The position numbers were made by a program, and so were the translations under genes. Shown here piece after piece: positions 39,955 to 49,471 of a DNA stretch of 64,000 nt; the first letter of the stretch is position 1; every line of letters begins with the position of its first letter. The notes under the pieces were generated by a model that worked only from the letters and a program-made list of their open reading frames with translations, was not told the origin of the DNA and did not search any database. The stretch lies in the NCBI GenBank assembly GCA_964576435.1, contig CAZNUP010000001.1, forward strand, positions 442,259 to 506,258. The letters are read 5' to 3'. This DNA is from an uncultured Gammaproteobacteria bacterium (GTDB taxonomy: Bacteria > Patescibacteriota > Microgenomatia > JAMCZE01).

Positions 39955-41033
39955 AAACCCTAATTTTGATCCTGGTTCTAGCAACAGCCGCTTTATTAAT
40001 TGGAGTTAATAGGCCTTTTACTGGTCATCATGATGCGAACAATAAAATGTACAGAGTAGCTGCACTGAATTATCTAACTAAACCAATTGGGGTTCATAAG
40101 TTTGGCCAACTTATTGATGGAAACTTCTACACTCACCACCCAATACTCTTACCAATAACTCTTGCTGCGTCAATTCAACTATTTGGTGACCATTTTTGGT
40201 CAATTAGGCTCGTTCCGATAATTTTTTCTGTAGCAACGCTAGGAGTCTTCTATTTTATTCTACGGTCATTTTTTAAGCCTCAAGTTGCAATCATTGCCCT
40301 TTTATTTTGGATTATTACCCCTATGTTTCTCTATTTTGGGAAAATGGCAGATCATGAGGCTTTAACATTATTTTTTATAGTTCTAGCAGTCTACGGCTTT
40401 ATAAAAAAGAATAACCGTCTAGTGATTTTAGCCGTTGTTTTAGGGCAGTGGACTGGCTGGCCAGCTTACTATTTGGCCTTTATTCTGGCCGTTTTTATGC
40501 GCTCCTGGATTTTGCTTGTAATTTCACTAGTAAATTTTGGACTATTCGCTTCGCATATTTCAGCTCTAACGGGCTCTCCAATTGGTGGTGGATTAGTTGA
40601 TATTTTTCTATTTAGGACTGGAGCAAAAGCTTCGGTGGGAAGAATTGTCGAAAGCTATTCGATGATAGATTTTTTAAAACAAGAACTATCCTGGACCTAT
40701 CATTTTTTTACACCAATTCAGTTCTTTTTAGCAGCTGCGGCGGTTTTCCTTACCGAAAAGAAGTTGACCTTAAAAAACAAAGTCTGGTTTATTTTTCTTT
40801 TTGTTCCAATTGTGCACGTATTTCTTTTTAGAACCGGAGCACATAGACATGACTATTGGCTCTATTACTTTTTGCCATTTTTCTCCTTTGGTGTAGCAAT
40901 TACCATGAACTATCTTTTGGATAAAATGAAAAAACCAAAGATTGTATACGCCCTTTTTATAATTCTCCTAATTATTGCCTTTTTAAGGTCGATGCCCTTT
41001 TTCTGGGCTCTCCAAACAAGAATAGAACTGTAA
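39951..41033 (+). CDS. GT-C membrane glycosyltransferase (PMT_2-like)
   Basis: PFTGHHD, YTHHP, RLVP, KMADHE, HDYW; polytopic. Confidence 0.78.
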   Translation: MKTLILILVLATAALLIGVNRPFTGHHDANNKMYRVAALNYLTKPIGVHKFGQLIDGNFYTHHPILLPITLAASIQLFGDHFWSIRLVPIIFSVATLGVFYFILRSFFKPQVAIIALLFWIITPMFLYFGKMADHEALTLFFIVLAVYGFIKKNNRLVILAVVLGQWTGWPAYYLAFILAVFMRSWILLVISLVNFGLFASHISALTGSPIGGGLVDIFLFRTGAKASVGRIVESYSMIDFLKQELSWTYHFFTPIQFFLAAAAVFLTEKKLTLKNKVWFIFLFVPIVHVFLFRTGAHRHDYWLYYFLPFFSFGVAITMNYLLDKMKKPKIVYALFIILLIIAFLRSMPFFWALQTRIEL

Positions 41034-41035
41034 GA

Positions 41036-41041
41036 TATAAT
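41036..41041 (+). promoter_or_regulatory. -10 box TATAAT, leaderless-type, for GT2 at 41048
   Basis: Perfect TATAAT, 6 nt gap to ATG, in a 14 nt intergenic gap. Confidence 0.5.
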
Positions 41042-41047
41042 AAATAA

Positions 41048-41935
41048 ATGGTCTCAGTAATAATTCCAGTCTATAACGAAGAAGAATATCTCCCAGGCTG
41101 CTTAGAAAGCTTGTCAAAGCAAAAACAAAAAAGTTTGGAAGTAATTGTCGTGGACGATGGAAGTACCGATGGTTCAAAAAAGTTAGCAACCTATTCTCAA
41201 AACCATAAAGGCCCAGGAGCGGCAAGAAATTTAGGTGCAAAACATGCTAAGGGAGATATCTTAGTATTTGTCGATGCAGACATGGAGTTTGACCCAAATT
41301 TTATTAAAGATTTAATTGCTCCAATTCTAGAAAAAAAAGCAGTTGGCACTTTCTCTAAAAATGAGTACCTTTTAAATAAAGAAAATGTTTTAGCAAGGTG
41401 TTGGAATTTAAATCTAGGAAGAGACCCATTGAAAATGGAGCCAAAAGATTATGTCAGCACCGGTTGGAGATCAAAATTAAAAGGCTCCTATAAAAATTTA
41501 GAATCAGGAAAAAGCGAGGAAGTACGAGAAGAAGGTAAACAACACGTTTTTAGAGCAATATTAAAGAACAAGTTTGAAGAAGCTGGTGGTTTTGATTTAG
41601 GAGTTGGGTATACAGATGACTGGTCAATTTCAAGAAAGCTTGGAGAATACGCAACACTTGTGCCAGGCGCAAAGTATTATCACAGAAACCCAGAAACACT
41701 TGGAGAAGTTTGGCATCAAGCAAGATGGTTTGGAAAGAACGAATTCTTAACTGGCAATTTTATTAGAAAATTTTTCAATCTTATCCGCTACAACCCAATA
41801 ACTGGTTTTTTGATTGGAATTTACGGATCAATAAAATTTAAAGAACCCTCATTTTTCCTCTTTAAAATTGTCTATGATTCCGCTGTTTTTGTAAGCGTTT
41901 TTCTGTCATTTTTTGGAGAAAGTAAGAATAAATGA
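41048..41935 (+). CDS. GT2 glycosyltransferase with C-terminal TM segments
   Basis: VIIPVYNEE, VDDGSTD, GPGAARN, FVDAD, GYTDD, QARWFG. Confidence 0.88.
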   Translation: MVSVIIPVYNEEEYLPGCLESLSKQKQKSLEVIVVDDGSTDGSKKLATYSQNHKGPGAARNLGAKHAKGDILVFVDADMEFDPNFIKDLIAPILEKKAVGTFSKNEYLLNKENVLARCWNLNLGRDPLKMEPKDYVSTGWRSKLKGSYKNLESGKSEEVREEGKQHVFRAILKNKFEEAGGFDLGVGYTDDWSISRKLGEYATLVPGAKYYHRNPETLGEVWHQARWFGKNEFLTGNFIRKFFNLIRYNPITGFLIGIYGSIKFKEPSFFLFKIVYDSAVFVSVFLSFFGESKNK

Positions 41936-43242
41936 AATACAAAGTTACTCTTATTTTGATCGTTTTACTTGGATTTTTCCTTCGTATCCAAGGCTTAAAT
42001 CAGTCTTTGTGGCTTGATGAATCAATTCAAACACTTGCTGTAAAGAATAATTCTCTTTTACATCTAATAACTACTTATTCACTAGGGGATTTCCACCCCC
42101 CTTTCTATCATGTAGTCTTGAAATTGTGGACCGACTTGTTTGGTTATTCCGAGTTTTCAGTTCGCATGCCTTCAGTAATTTTTAGCACCTTAACTGGTCT
42201 TTTTATTTTCTTAATTGGGAAAAAATTAAAAAACGAAAAAGTTGGTTTGATTGCTGCGTTTTTATGGATGATAAACCCGCTAGCCATATATTATGGCCAA
42301 GAAGCAAGGATGTATTCCCTTGCCGCATTTGGTGTAGCAGGAGCAGTTTGGTTTTTCCTTCAAAAGAATTGGTTGTGGTATTTTGTTTTTTTCCTGATTG
42401 CGCTAAGTTCAGACTATTTGCCGTTTCTCATGTTTCCCGTTTTCTTTCTTTTGTCAGAAGATAAGAAGAAGTTTGTCTTAATTAACTCTCTATTTATTAT
42501 TCCATTTTTAGCCTGGGCCCCATTTTTCTATCAGCAGTTCCAAATAGGTACAAGATTTGCTCAAGCTGCACCAGGTTGGAGTGAAGTTGTTGGGGCCGGG
42601 ACTATAAAATCACTTCCATTAACATTTGTAAAATTTACAGTCGGTAGGATAACTATTCAAGACAAAATCCTCTACGGAGTAGTTTTTGGCACATCAGTAC
42701 TCTTCTGCTTCTATTTAATTTTGAGAGCTGGGAAGCAGACCTTGCTTTGGAGCTGGCTACTAATTCCATTGATATTAGGTTTTATAATTTCATTTAAGAT
42801 TTCGATTTTCTCCTATTTCCGTTTTCTTTTTGTTCTTCCAGCATATGTATTGCTTCTAGCACTTGGAACCAAAGAAAAAGCCTGGGCAATTATTGTCATA
42901 ACTTTGATTTTCTTATCAGCAACGATCTATTTCAAAATTACTCCAGAAGCACAACGTGAGAATTGGAAAGCAGCTGTGGTCTATATTAATTCGGAACAAG
43001 GACAGGTAGTTTTACCAAGTGTTGCCCAAAATGCCCCACTAAAATACTATTCTGAGTCTCAAGTTGTTGAAGACAAAGATAATTTTGTTCCAAAAGAAAA
43101 AACTATCTATCTTATCCGTTATGTCCAAGAAATTTTTGACCCATCAGACTCCTTAAGGAAATCTTTAGAAAAAAACGGTTATCAAAAAACTGAAGAAAAG
43201 GGTTTAAATGGGGTATTAATTTGGAAATATCAGCAGAGTTAA
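41932..43242 (+). CDS. GT-C membrane glycosyltransferase (GT39/PMT_2-like)
   Basis: QSLWLDE, DFHPPFY, RMPS, QEARMYSL, RENWK. Confidence 0.88.
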   Translation: MKYKVTLILIVLLGFFLRIQGLNQSLWLDESIQTLAVKNNSLLHLITTYSLGDFHPPFYHVVLKLWTDLFGYSEFSVRMPSVIFSTLTGLFIFLIGKKLKNEKVGLIAAFLWMINPLAIYYGQEARMYSLAAFGVAGAVWFFLQKNWLWYFVFFLIALSSDYLPFLMFPVFFLLSEDKKKFVLINSLFIIPFLAWAPFFYQQFQIGTRFAQAAPGWSEVVGAGTIKSLPLTFVKFTVGRITIQDKILYGVVFGTSVLFCFYLILRAGKQTLLWSWLLIPLILGFIISFKISIFSYFRFLFVLPAYVLLLALGTKEKAWAIIVITLIFLSATIYFKITPEAQRENWKAAVVYINSEQGQVVLPSVAQNAPLKYYSESQVVEDKDNFVPKEKTIYLIRYVQEIFDPSDSLRKSLEKNGYQKTEEKGLNGVLIWKYQQS

Positions 43243-43265
43243 ATTGTGCTTGCCTTCAGTAATTA

Positions 43266-46200
43266 TCACTCATTTAGATAATTTCGAGCTTTCTCAAAAA
43301 CAGCCCGGACTTCTTCAGGATTTTTCAGCTTTCCTTCTCTTGCCATTGCATTGACTGTGTCCAAAGCTCGCTGCACGCCACGACTTGTTCCAGGGGGTTG
43401 GTTCTTCATGGCTTTAAATTGAGATTCCCCGCCTTCATTGTTGTATACATATCCATAAGCTGTTGTCTGCATGCCACCATCTATTTTTTGTAACAAAGTC
43501 TGCATCTGATGGTAATGCGTTGTAGCGAAAATATCAGCCCCTGATTTTTGTAGTGCTTTCATTACAAGTGCCGCAAAAGGTGCTCCTTCACTTGATGAAA
43601 CAGCTGACCCCGGCTCGTCAAAAATCACTAGTGTTCTTTTACCTGCTTTGTGGGCTACTTGTACATTTTTTATGATTTGAGCTGTCACCATAGCTTCGTG
43701 CATAGAGGAGCTATTATTGTCCATCGACTCAGATGCTTTAAATGTTGATGCAATATATTCATAACTTGGCAAAGTCATGTGTTTCGCAAGTGCATAATCA
43801 GTACACAAGCCCAAAAATACATTAAACATAATCATTTTGGCTGAAAACGACTTTCCACTCTCATTATCTCCTGTTGCAATTGCTGGCACACCACGCACTA
43901 TTTCTATATCATTAGGTACAATTTCCTTAATTTTATCTTGTCTTAAGTATCCATACCCTCTGCCAATTACTTCATCCCCCAAGTAAACTCCCCCGGCAAT
44001 GCTTAAATCAGTGCCTTGTTTAACACGGCAACTTGGTAATTCATCTTTATTTAGCCATTCAGAAGCAAACGACAAGTTAACAAGATCTTCAATTTGTTTT
44101 GTCATCGTTCCTACAAAATTTCTATCAGGACAGTTTCTCAATTGAGATACATACTTCTTGACTATCTCGAAATCGCCGTCATAATCTATTTGCTCCAGTC
44201 CAATTCTTAAAGACTTTATTACTGTCGAAGCAATGTCTTGGCGATTCTCATATGAAAAGTCTGTTGGCGCCGAACTTTCGGTATATGCTTTTCGTAAGTG
44301 GTGAAGATATGCTTGTGTGATTGGGTGGGTAGCTAAAATAGTCTCACCGCTGATGAGGGGTTTAAAGACTTTTTGAAATCTTTCAAAATCTTCCATTCTT
44401 TTTTCCGGGGAAGCAGAGCGGGTCAGGTATTGATCCTCGAGGAGGTCTCGAATTATTTCTCCCCACATTATAAGTTCTTTCCTACCATAGGCCTCGTCTT
44501 TACCAGATAAGCCAATAAAGTCTCCACGAATTTGGGCAACATTTTCTCTGTCTCCCGAGTTTAAGGGAGCTCCTAGCCAGTCGAAAAATGGGTCCTTCAT
44601 ATTATCCTTGCGCCACGGAAACGCAGGTGTGGATAGTCCTGCAAATCCAGATTGAACTCTTCCGTATTTATCCATCAGATTTAGGTCTGTAAGTATTTCT
44701 TCGGTGGTCATGGTCCCGGCTTTACCTCCATTTATTATTGAATCTTCATCCAGAAAGCCTTGTTCCAAGGACTCTCCAGCAACCAGTCTCTTAAAAGCGT
44801 CAACAAATTCTGATGAATAGCCCTTATTTTCCAAAACTGCATGATAATTACTACTTGTTGGACTAGTCAATTCATAATTTCCAAATACAGCTGATCTAAT
44901 GTCGACCTCAGGTAGTGACCCGTTACGATTTAAGTCCAGAATTTGGCCGTAGTGTGTAGCGAGAACTGAGAAGACCTTCTTTTCGGCTAGCACATCAAGT
45001 ACTGCACGGATAATGGCTGTCGCATGGTTATCTTCTGTCCCACGAAATACTTCATCCATTAAGGCAAGGACAGGTGTTTCATTATTAAATGAGTAGATCT
45101 TATCAATGAGCGTGGCGACTCTAACAACATGGTGATGAAATCTACTGCCGTAACCAATATCATCATTCAAAGACAACATTGCATATTGAAAGTCAGGCAT
45201 CTCACCTTGTTGGTTTGCAAAAACAAATCCACCTATTTTGTGAATATAGCCGGACATTGCAAGCGATTTAAGTAATGTAGATTTTCCAGCTCCCGCAGAT
45301 CCAATTAAAACTAATGGGCGTCCAGGAACTATTTGGATATCATTTCCGACAATACTTTGTTTTTCTGTCTCCGATCTTAAGGAGTTAAATACCATGTGTT
45401 GCGGTAAATAATTTTTAAACGCGATCTTATAACTATCAGTCGGATATGACATCTCAATGCCTTTATCATTAGCTTTAGAAGCATAATATCTAAGACCTTG
45501 AACTAGGCCAAGGACATACAGAATTCTTTCCATATCGCCATCTAAGCCTGCTTGTTTGATAGTATCTGGAGTTAGTACGTCGTTGTAGGCTGCAGCTGTA
45601 ATCACAGCGCCCGCATTTGACCACAGCAATTTATCCAGGCCTATATTTTTGAGAAGAGCAATCGTGGGATTATTTGGAGACTTCGCCCGTTCAGAAAGGT
45701 CCTTAAACCATCTGGAGAACATATATGGGTCATGGGAATCGAAGACGTATTCCAGTTTTTTTGCACCAGGGTATTGTCGGTAATTTATTTCAGGACTTCC
45801 ACCGGCTTGAATAAGCTGCCTCATTAATTTTCTATCAGCAGAAATCTCGGTCCAAATTCCTAAAGTAAGGTTCGTATTTTCAAATGGAAAGTTCACCTGA
45901 TTCAGAAGAATCTCTGTCCATGGATTGGCGACATGATAGGCGGTAGGCAAATCGAGTTCCTGAAAAATTGTTGGAATTTTATAATTTCTAAATTGCAAAT
46001 CACCAAGTTCCGCTCTTTGACTTTGTGAAATTAATCCTCTTCGTTCTGACCAAGCAAGGATTGTATTAGTTAACACCTGTCTTCTATATCTGTTTAATGC
46101 CTTTTCATCTTTTATTTCTGGACTCCATACATATGGTTGGTTCATATCCAGCCCAATGCTCTTAAAGTTTGGTTTCCAAAAGTCGCGCACATATGCATTA

Positions 46201-47963
46201 ACTACGTCATCTCCTCTTGTCAATGATAAACATAATATCTGTGGAAGCCACATTTCTGCCATTTGGCAATATCTTTTCCAGAATTCATGATTTTCTTTTG
46301 GTTGATCATGTAACGTACTGCTACTTGCGCTAGACATTGCATCTATGAAAGAAAAAAGAGTTTTAATAGTAGGAAGCTGATCAACCTTATCCCCGAGAGC
46401 TGCCCGATACTTATTAATTATTCCCTCAAAAGCCAAAAAGTTGGGGAGGGTAGTCACACTGCTTATTTGGCTTTTGTAATTGTCTGTGCATTTTCGAAGA
46501 CCTTCCTTTGTCTGAGTATTACTAATATTGTCCTCTAACCATTTCGTAGTTTCATCGATTTTACCCAGTCGCCAAGCTATTAAAGCTACATTTGTGGCTA
46601 ATTCTTGATTAAAATTATAAAGTTTGTCATCCCAAAAAACTGGTTCCTGTTTAGCTAATTTTTCTAAAATAGTGCCCTGGTTAGTGTTTCCAGGACCCAG
46701 TCCTTGTGCCATAATTTTAGCTAGCTCGCTTCCAGTTACACTTCTTCCAAAAGGAACTTCTAAGACCCTAAGCAAATCGTCAAGGGTTTTAATGCCTTCT
46801 TTATTTTCATCTGCATAGGCACGAATGGCTCTTGCTTGTATTTGGTATAGGGAATTTATTGCACCAGCAATTTCAGTCATCTTGTCTTCGTAGCCTTTTC
46901 GATATTCTCCCGTTGGTACGATACCATTTAAATCGTTTAGAAGATTTAGGAAGACTCTTATATCAGTAATTTGATGGATAGATGGAACTTCTAAATCTCT
47001 TTTTGACAAGGAAACATGGTTCAATATATATTGAAAACTAAAAGTTTGAACAGTAATTTCGCCTCTATTTCCAATCACTGCGCCTATTGCGTCGTTGACC
47101 AAATTATAGGTTCTATCAAAAGCATCATATTTATCCTGACCGTAATGGTTCCTAAAATGATTAATGTCAGAAAATAGCGCTATGGGATCAGTGGGTTTAA
47201 TTCCAAGTTTTGTAAATTCCTCTTCAAATTCTTTATCACTTTCCAGAAGGTCATTTAGCAGGTGCTCGTTAAAAGAGGGACTTTCTGGATTTATGCCAGA
47301 AAATGGTCTTCCTATCATGTCATCATCTTTCATTCGTGCAACAAGTTCATTATTCCTAGCTGACCTCGCTCGTAGTTCCCTGTTAGTTATCTCTAAAGGT
47401 AAGAGTGTCATAGATATCTCTGTATATCTCTGATCTCTATCTCTTTGGCTTTCGGTTGGATTTGCTCCCCAGACGGAATAGTATGCTAAGGGTTGCCCAT
47501 CCAAATATAGTTGACGAATTCCTGCTTGCTCTAAACTATCTAAAGAGGGAGTTTTTAAATCAGCGTCAGTTAATAATTTTGAAGCGACCCCCAAGATGTC
47601 TCGGACTCTAACTAGATTCGCCACACTTTGTTCGGGCAGTTCGAGGATAGCTTCAGAGCTTAAGAATTCAGCTTGCAGCGTATCGACGTCACTTATATTT
47701 CGAGCGCCAGCATTCCAGCGAGTATTAGGTGGATCTGCTAAAAGAAATGGCCTTTCAAGTAGAGAACTCAGCTCTTCCTTAGGTGTATCCTTGTCGATCC
47801 AAGGGTATATATGGCGTATTGTTTGGGAAACACGGTTAGTTGAAATGATTGGCCTAGCAAGGGGACTTCTTAAAATTTCCACGAGATCATACCATTCTTC
47901 AGATTCTAAAAAATCTGCAAGTAAAATGCCCGGATACTCAGCGCCCTGCTCTAGACTACGCAT
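43266..47963 (-). CDS. Large protein with two tandem MutS-type (domain V) ATPase domains
   Basis: Domain 1: IVGNDI, GSAGAGKSTLLK, LMDEVFRGT, ATHY. Domain 2: IVPNDI, TGDNESGKS, IFDEPGSAVSSSEG, TTHYH, GTSRG. About 860 aa unassigned N-terminus. Confidence 0.85.
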   Translation of the reverse strand: MRSLEQGAEYPGILLADFLESEEWYDLVEILRSPLARPIISTNRVSQTIRHIYPWIDKDTPKEELSSLLERPFLLADPPNTRWNAGARNISDVDTLQAEFLSSEAILELPEQSVANLVRVRDILGVASKLLTDADLKTPSLDSLEQAGIRQLYLDGQPLAYYSVWGANPTESQRDRDQRYTEISMTLLPLEITNRELRARSARNNELVARMKDDDMIGRPFSGINPESPSFNEHLLNDLLESDKEFEEEFTKLGIKPTDPIALFSDINHFRNHYGQDKYDAFDRTYNLVNDAIGAVIGNRGEITVQTFSFQYILNHVSLSKRDLEVPSIHQITDIRVFLNLLNDLNGIVPTGEYRKGYEDKMTEIAGAINSLYQIQARAIRAYADENKEGIKTLDDLLRVLEVPFGRSVTGSELAKIMAQGLGPGNTNQGTILEKLAKQEPVFWDDKLYNFNQELATNVALIAWRLGKIDETTKWLEDNISNTQTKEGLRKCTDNYKSQISSVTTLPNFLAFEGIINKYRAALGDKVDQLPTIKTLFSFIDAMSSASSSTLHDQPKENHEFWKRYCQMAEMWLPQILCLSLTRGDDVVNAYVRDFWKPNFKSIGLDMNQPYVWSPEIKDEKALNRYRRQVLTNTILAWSERRGLISQSQRAELGDLQFRNYKIPTIFQELDLPTAYHVANPWTEILLNQVNFPFENTNLTLGIWTEISADRKLMRQLIQAGGSPEINYRQYPGAKKLEYVFDSHDPYMFSRWFKDLSERAKSPNNPTIALLKNIGLDKLLWSNAGAVITAAAYNDVLTPDTIKQAGLDGDMERILYVLGLVQGLRYYASKANDKGIEMSYPTDSYKIAFKNYLPQHMVFNSLRSETEKQSIVGNDIQIVPGRPLVLIGSAGAGKSTLLKSLAMSGYIHKIGGFVFANQQGEMPDFQYAMLSLNDDIGYGSRFHHHVVRVATLIDKIYSFNNETPVLALMDEVFRGTEDNHATAIIRAVLDVLAEKKVFSVLATHYGQILDLNRNGSLPEVDIRSAVFGNYELTSPTSSNYHAVLENKGYSSEFVDAFKRLVAGESLEQGFLDEDSIINGGKAGTMTTEEILTDLNLMDKYGRVQSGFAGLSTPAFPWRKDNMKDPFFDWLGAPLNSGDRENVAQIRGDFIGLSGKDEAYGRKELIMWGEIIRDLLEDQYLTRSASPEKRMEDFERFQKVFKPLISGETILATHPITQAYLHHLRKAYTESSAPTDFSYENRQDIASTVIKSLRIGLEQIDYDGDFEIVKKYVSQLRNCPDRNFVGTMTKQIEDLVNLSFASEWLNKDELPSCRVKQGTDLSIAGGVYLGDEVIGRGYGYLRQDKIKEIVPNDIEIVRGVPAIATGDNESGKSFSAKMIMFNVFLGLCTDYALAKHMTLPSYEYIASTFKASESMDNNSSSMHEAMVTAQIIKNVQVAHKAGKRTLVIFDEPGSAVSSSEGAPFAALVMKALQKSGADIFATTHYHQMQTLLQKIDGGMQTTAYGYVYNNEGGESQFKAMKNQPPGTSRGVQRALDTVNAMAREGKLKNPEEVRAVFEKARNYLNE

Positions 47964-47971
47964 TTGAACCT

Positions 47972-48000
47972 ATTATAAACTATGGGTCAGTTAATTCCAA
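47972..48000 (-). promoter_or_regulatory. sigma70 promoter for the dual-MutS gene
   Basis: Minus strand TTGGAA, 17 nt spacer, TATAAT, 8 nt gap, ATG at 47963. Confidence 0.65.
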
Positions 48001-48012
48001 GAAAATTCCTTT

Positions 48013-48041
48013 TTGACTTACGGCAGAGCTTATAGTATAAT
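48013..48041 (+). promoter_or_regulatory. Near-consensus sigma70 promoter for small ORF 48048
   Basis: TTGACT (48013-48018), 17 nt spacer, TATAAT (48036-48041), 6 nt gap, ATG. Confidence 0.75.
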
Positions 48042-48047
48042 AAGTAG

Positions 48048-48230
48048 ATGAGAAACACTGAATCGCCCCGCCCTATTCAAGGTCTATTTTTTTATTTGGG
48101 AATTTTCGCTGTCTTGGCTGGAATTGGTAGTTTTGCCAAGGGAGTTTTTGAAAAGGATGTGCAACTAACAGCTGCTGGATCAGCATCTGTTGTCGTCGGG
48201 TTGGGACTATTAAGAATGGCTCTTAAATAA
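48048..48230 (+). CDS. 60-aa small membrane protein (two hydrophobic helices)
   Basis: Hydrophobic segments GLFFYLGIFAVLAGIG and AAGSASVVVGLGLL; consensus promoter directly upstream. Confidence 0.65.
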   Translation: MRNTESPRPIQGLFFYLGIFAVLAGIGSFAKGVFEKDVQLTAAGSASVVVGLGLLRMALK

Positions 48231-48260
48231 GTTTTTTTCAGTTCGATCTGGTGCCTTCCT

Positions 48261-48294
48261 TGGATGGAAGACGTTCGAACCTTTTACGCTCAAA
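48261..48294 (+). repeat. Imperfect direct repeat, copy 1
   Basis: TGGATGGAAGACGTTCGAACCTTTTACGCTCAAA; 29/34 identical to 49472-49504; palindromic core GTTCGAAC. Confidence 0.75.
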
Positions 48295-48305
48295 TTTGAC
48301 AATAT

Positions 48306-48596
48306 TTATTCGGAGACTACCCTTCTACCATCGGGAAGATCAAATTCTGTTTTGTCACCGTAAAATACTAATTCTGAAACATTCCCCAGCAGTCCACCTT
48401 CATAGAGGGTTTTTCCTAAGAATGAAAGTTTTATTCTTGGTCCTCTGGGAAGTGTTTTATATTCTGTGACCTCGAAGAAGTTCTCATGGCAATGTTCCAT
48501 ATGGATTTTTATGCCAGGAAATGTGAAATCTCTTCCCGGAATTGCTGAGTGGTGTTCGACCGATCCATCTCTAGGATTTTCGATGCGGAATTTCAT
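48306..48596 (-). CDS. Hypothetical 96-aa beta-rich protein
   Basis: ORF fills the gap; upstream minus-strand TTGATA-17-TAAACT promoter 10 nt before ATG. Confidence 0.6.
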   Translation of the reverse strand: MKFRIENPRDGSVEHHSAIPGRDFTFPGIKIHMEHCHENFFEVTEYKTLPRGPRIKLSFLGKTLYEGGLLGNVSELVFYGDKTEFDLPDGRRVVSE

Positions 48597-48661
48597 AGGT
48601 CAGGGGAGTTTATGTTTAGAAAACTTCGTTATCAAGTGAGGACGCCCTCTGTTAATAGAGC

Positions 48662-49375
48662 TTAAACTCTTTTTATGTTTTGCTTTTCTTCTCGGAAAAA
48701 GAAAGTCGTTGTTTGAAGCCCTTCAGATTTGAAAGATTTTAGGTAATCGACCACAGCTTTACCACCTTGCGTAGATCGTTTTTCATTGGTGATTCCAACG
48801 TCTAGGCTCACCCAGTAATTTTTACCAAACTTATTATCTGATTGAAGATTACCAAAAGGGTTATGTGCCAAGCAAAGAAAATATAAAATATCGCTGAATA
48901 AGTCATTCTCTAGTTGTCTGATTTTTCTTATGCATCCATTGAGTTTGAACTCTGCTGTAAGTCCGGTTTCTTCTTTAAGTTTTCTCCGGGCGGCGTCAAT
49001 AATATTTTCACCAGGAACGATTGTGCCTCCCAATATTCCCTTATCACCATAATACGGTTGTCGTTTTCTCGTCTGATTAAGAATTTGAATTTGATTACCT
49101 TGTTTCTTAAACACAAATAGTAAAACATTTAGTCTAAAGAGATCAGACGTTTTCCCTAGTGGATCAAGAGGGTGAATAGTTTCAACGTGGCTTTTGCCGG
49201 TTATGGTTAGAGAATATAATTCACTATTTTTTACAACTAGTCCCTTGTTGACCAGAAATTGCAAATGGTAATTGTAAAGGTCGTTAGAAGTTTTTGGTGG
49301 CCTAATGTCTCGATAGCGAAGTCCTTTGGAGGACAACAGTTTAGTTAGAATTTTAGTCTGAATGTCTCGTGCCAT
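48662..49375 (-). CDS. Winged-HTH + Nudix domain protein
   Basis: N-terminal YNYHLQFLVNKGLV..YSLT (wHTH); Nudix box GGTIVPGENIIDAARRKLKEETGL; TATAAT 8 nt before ATG. Confidence 0.85.
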   Translation of the reverse strand: MARDIQTKILTKLLSSKGLRYRDIRPPKTSNDLYNYHLQFLVNKGLVVKNSELYSLTITGKSHVETIHPLDPLGKTSDLFRLNVLLFVFKKQGNQIQILNQTRKRQPYYGDKGILGGTIVPGENIIDAARRKLKEETGLTAEFKLNGCIRKIRQLENDLFSDILYFLCLAHNPFGNLQSDNKFGKNYWVSLDVGITNEKRSTQGGKAVVDYLKSFKSEGLQTTTFFFREEKQNIKRV

Positions 49376-49471
49376 TAGCCTGGATTATATCTCAGGTTCG
49401 ATTCCTTTCATGAGTAAGTTGGTGTCGAGGTGGATAAACCTTACCTTTTGAGGCTAAATATTTTGCAGCCC

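Noticed and set aside
43266-47963. Calling the large ORF mutS or mutS2
   Set aside because: No mismatch-binding GxFYE motif, no Smr domain, and a doubled ATPase; the symbol would mislead
48251-48469. 72-aa plus-strand ORF
   Set aside because: Overlaps the minus-strand ORF 48306-48596, which has a better promoter; composition is not protein-like
48646-48661. Small hairpin CTCT-GTTAAT-AGAG as an intrinsic terminator
   Set aside because: Stem too short and no clear U-tract
49393-49406. CAGGTTCGATTCCT resembles a tRNA T-arm
   Set aside because: Only a 3-bp stem; no acceptor stem, D-arm or anticodon arm can be built around it
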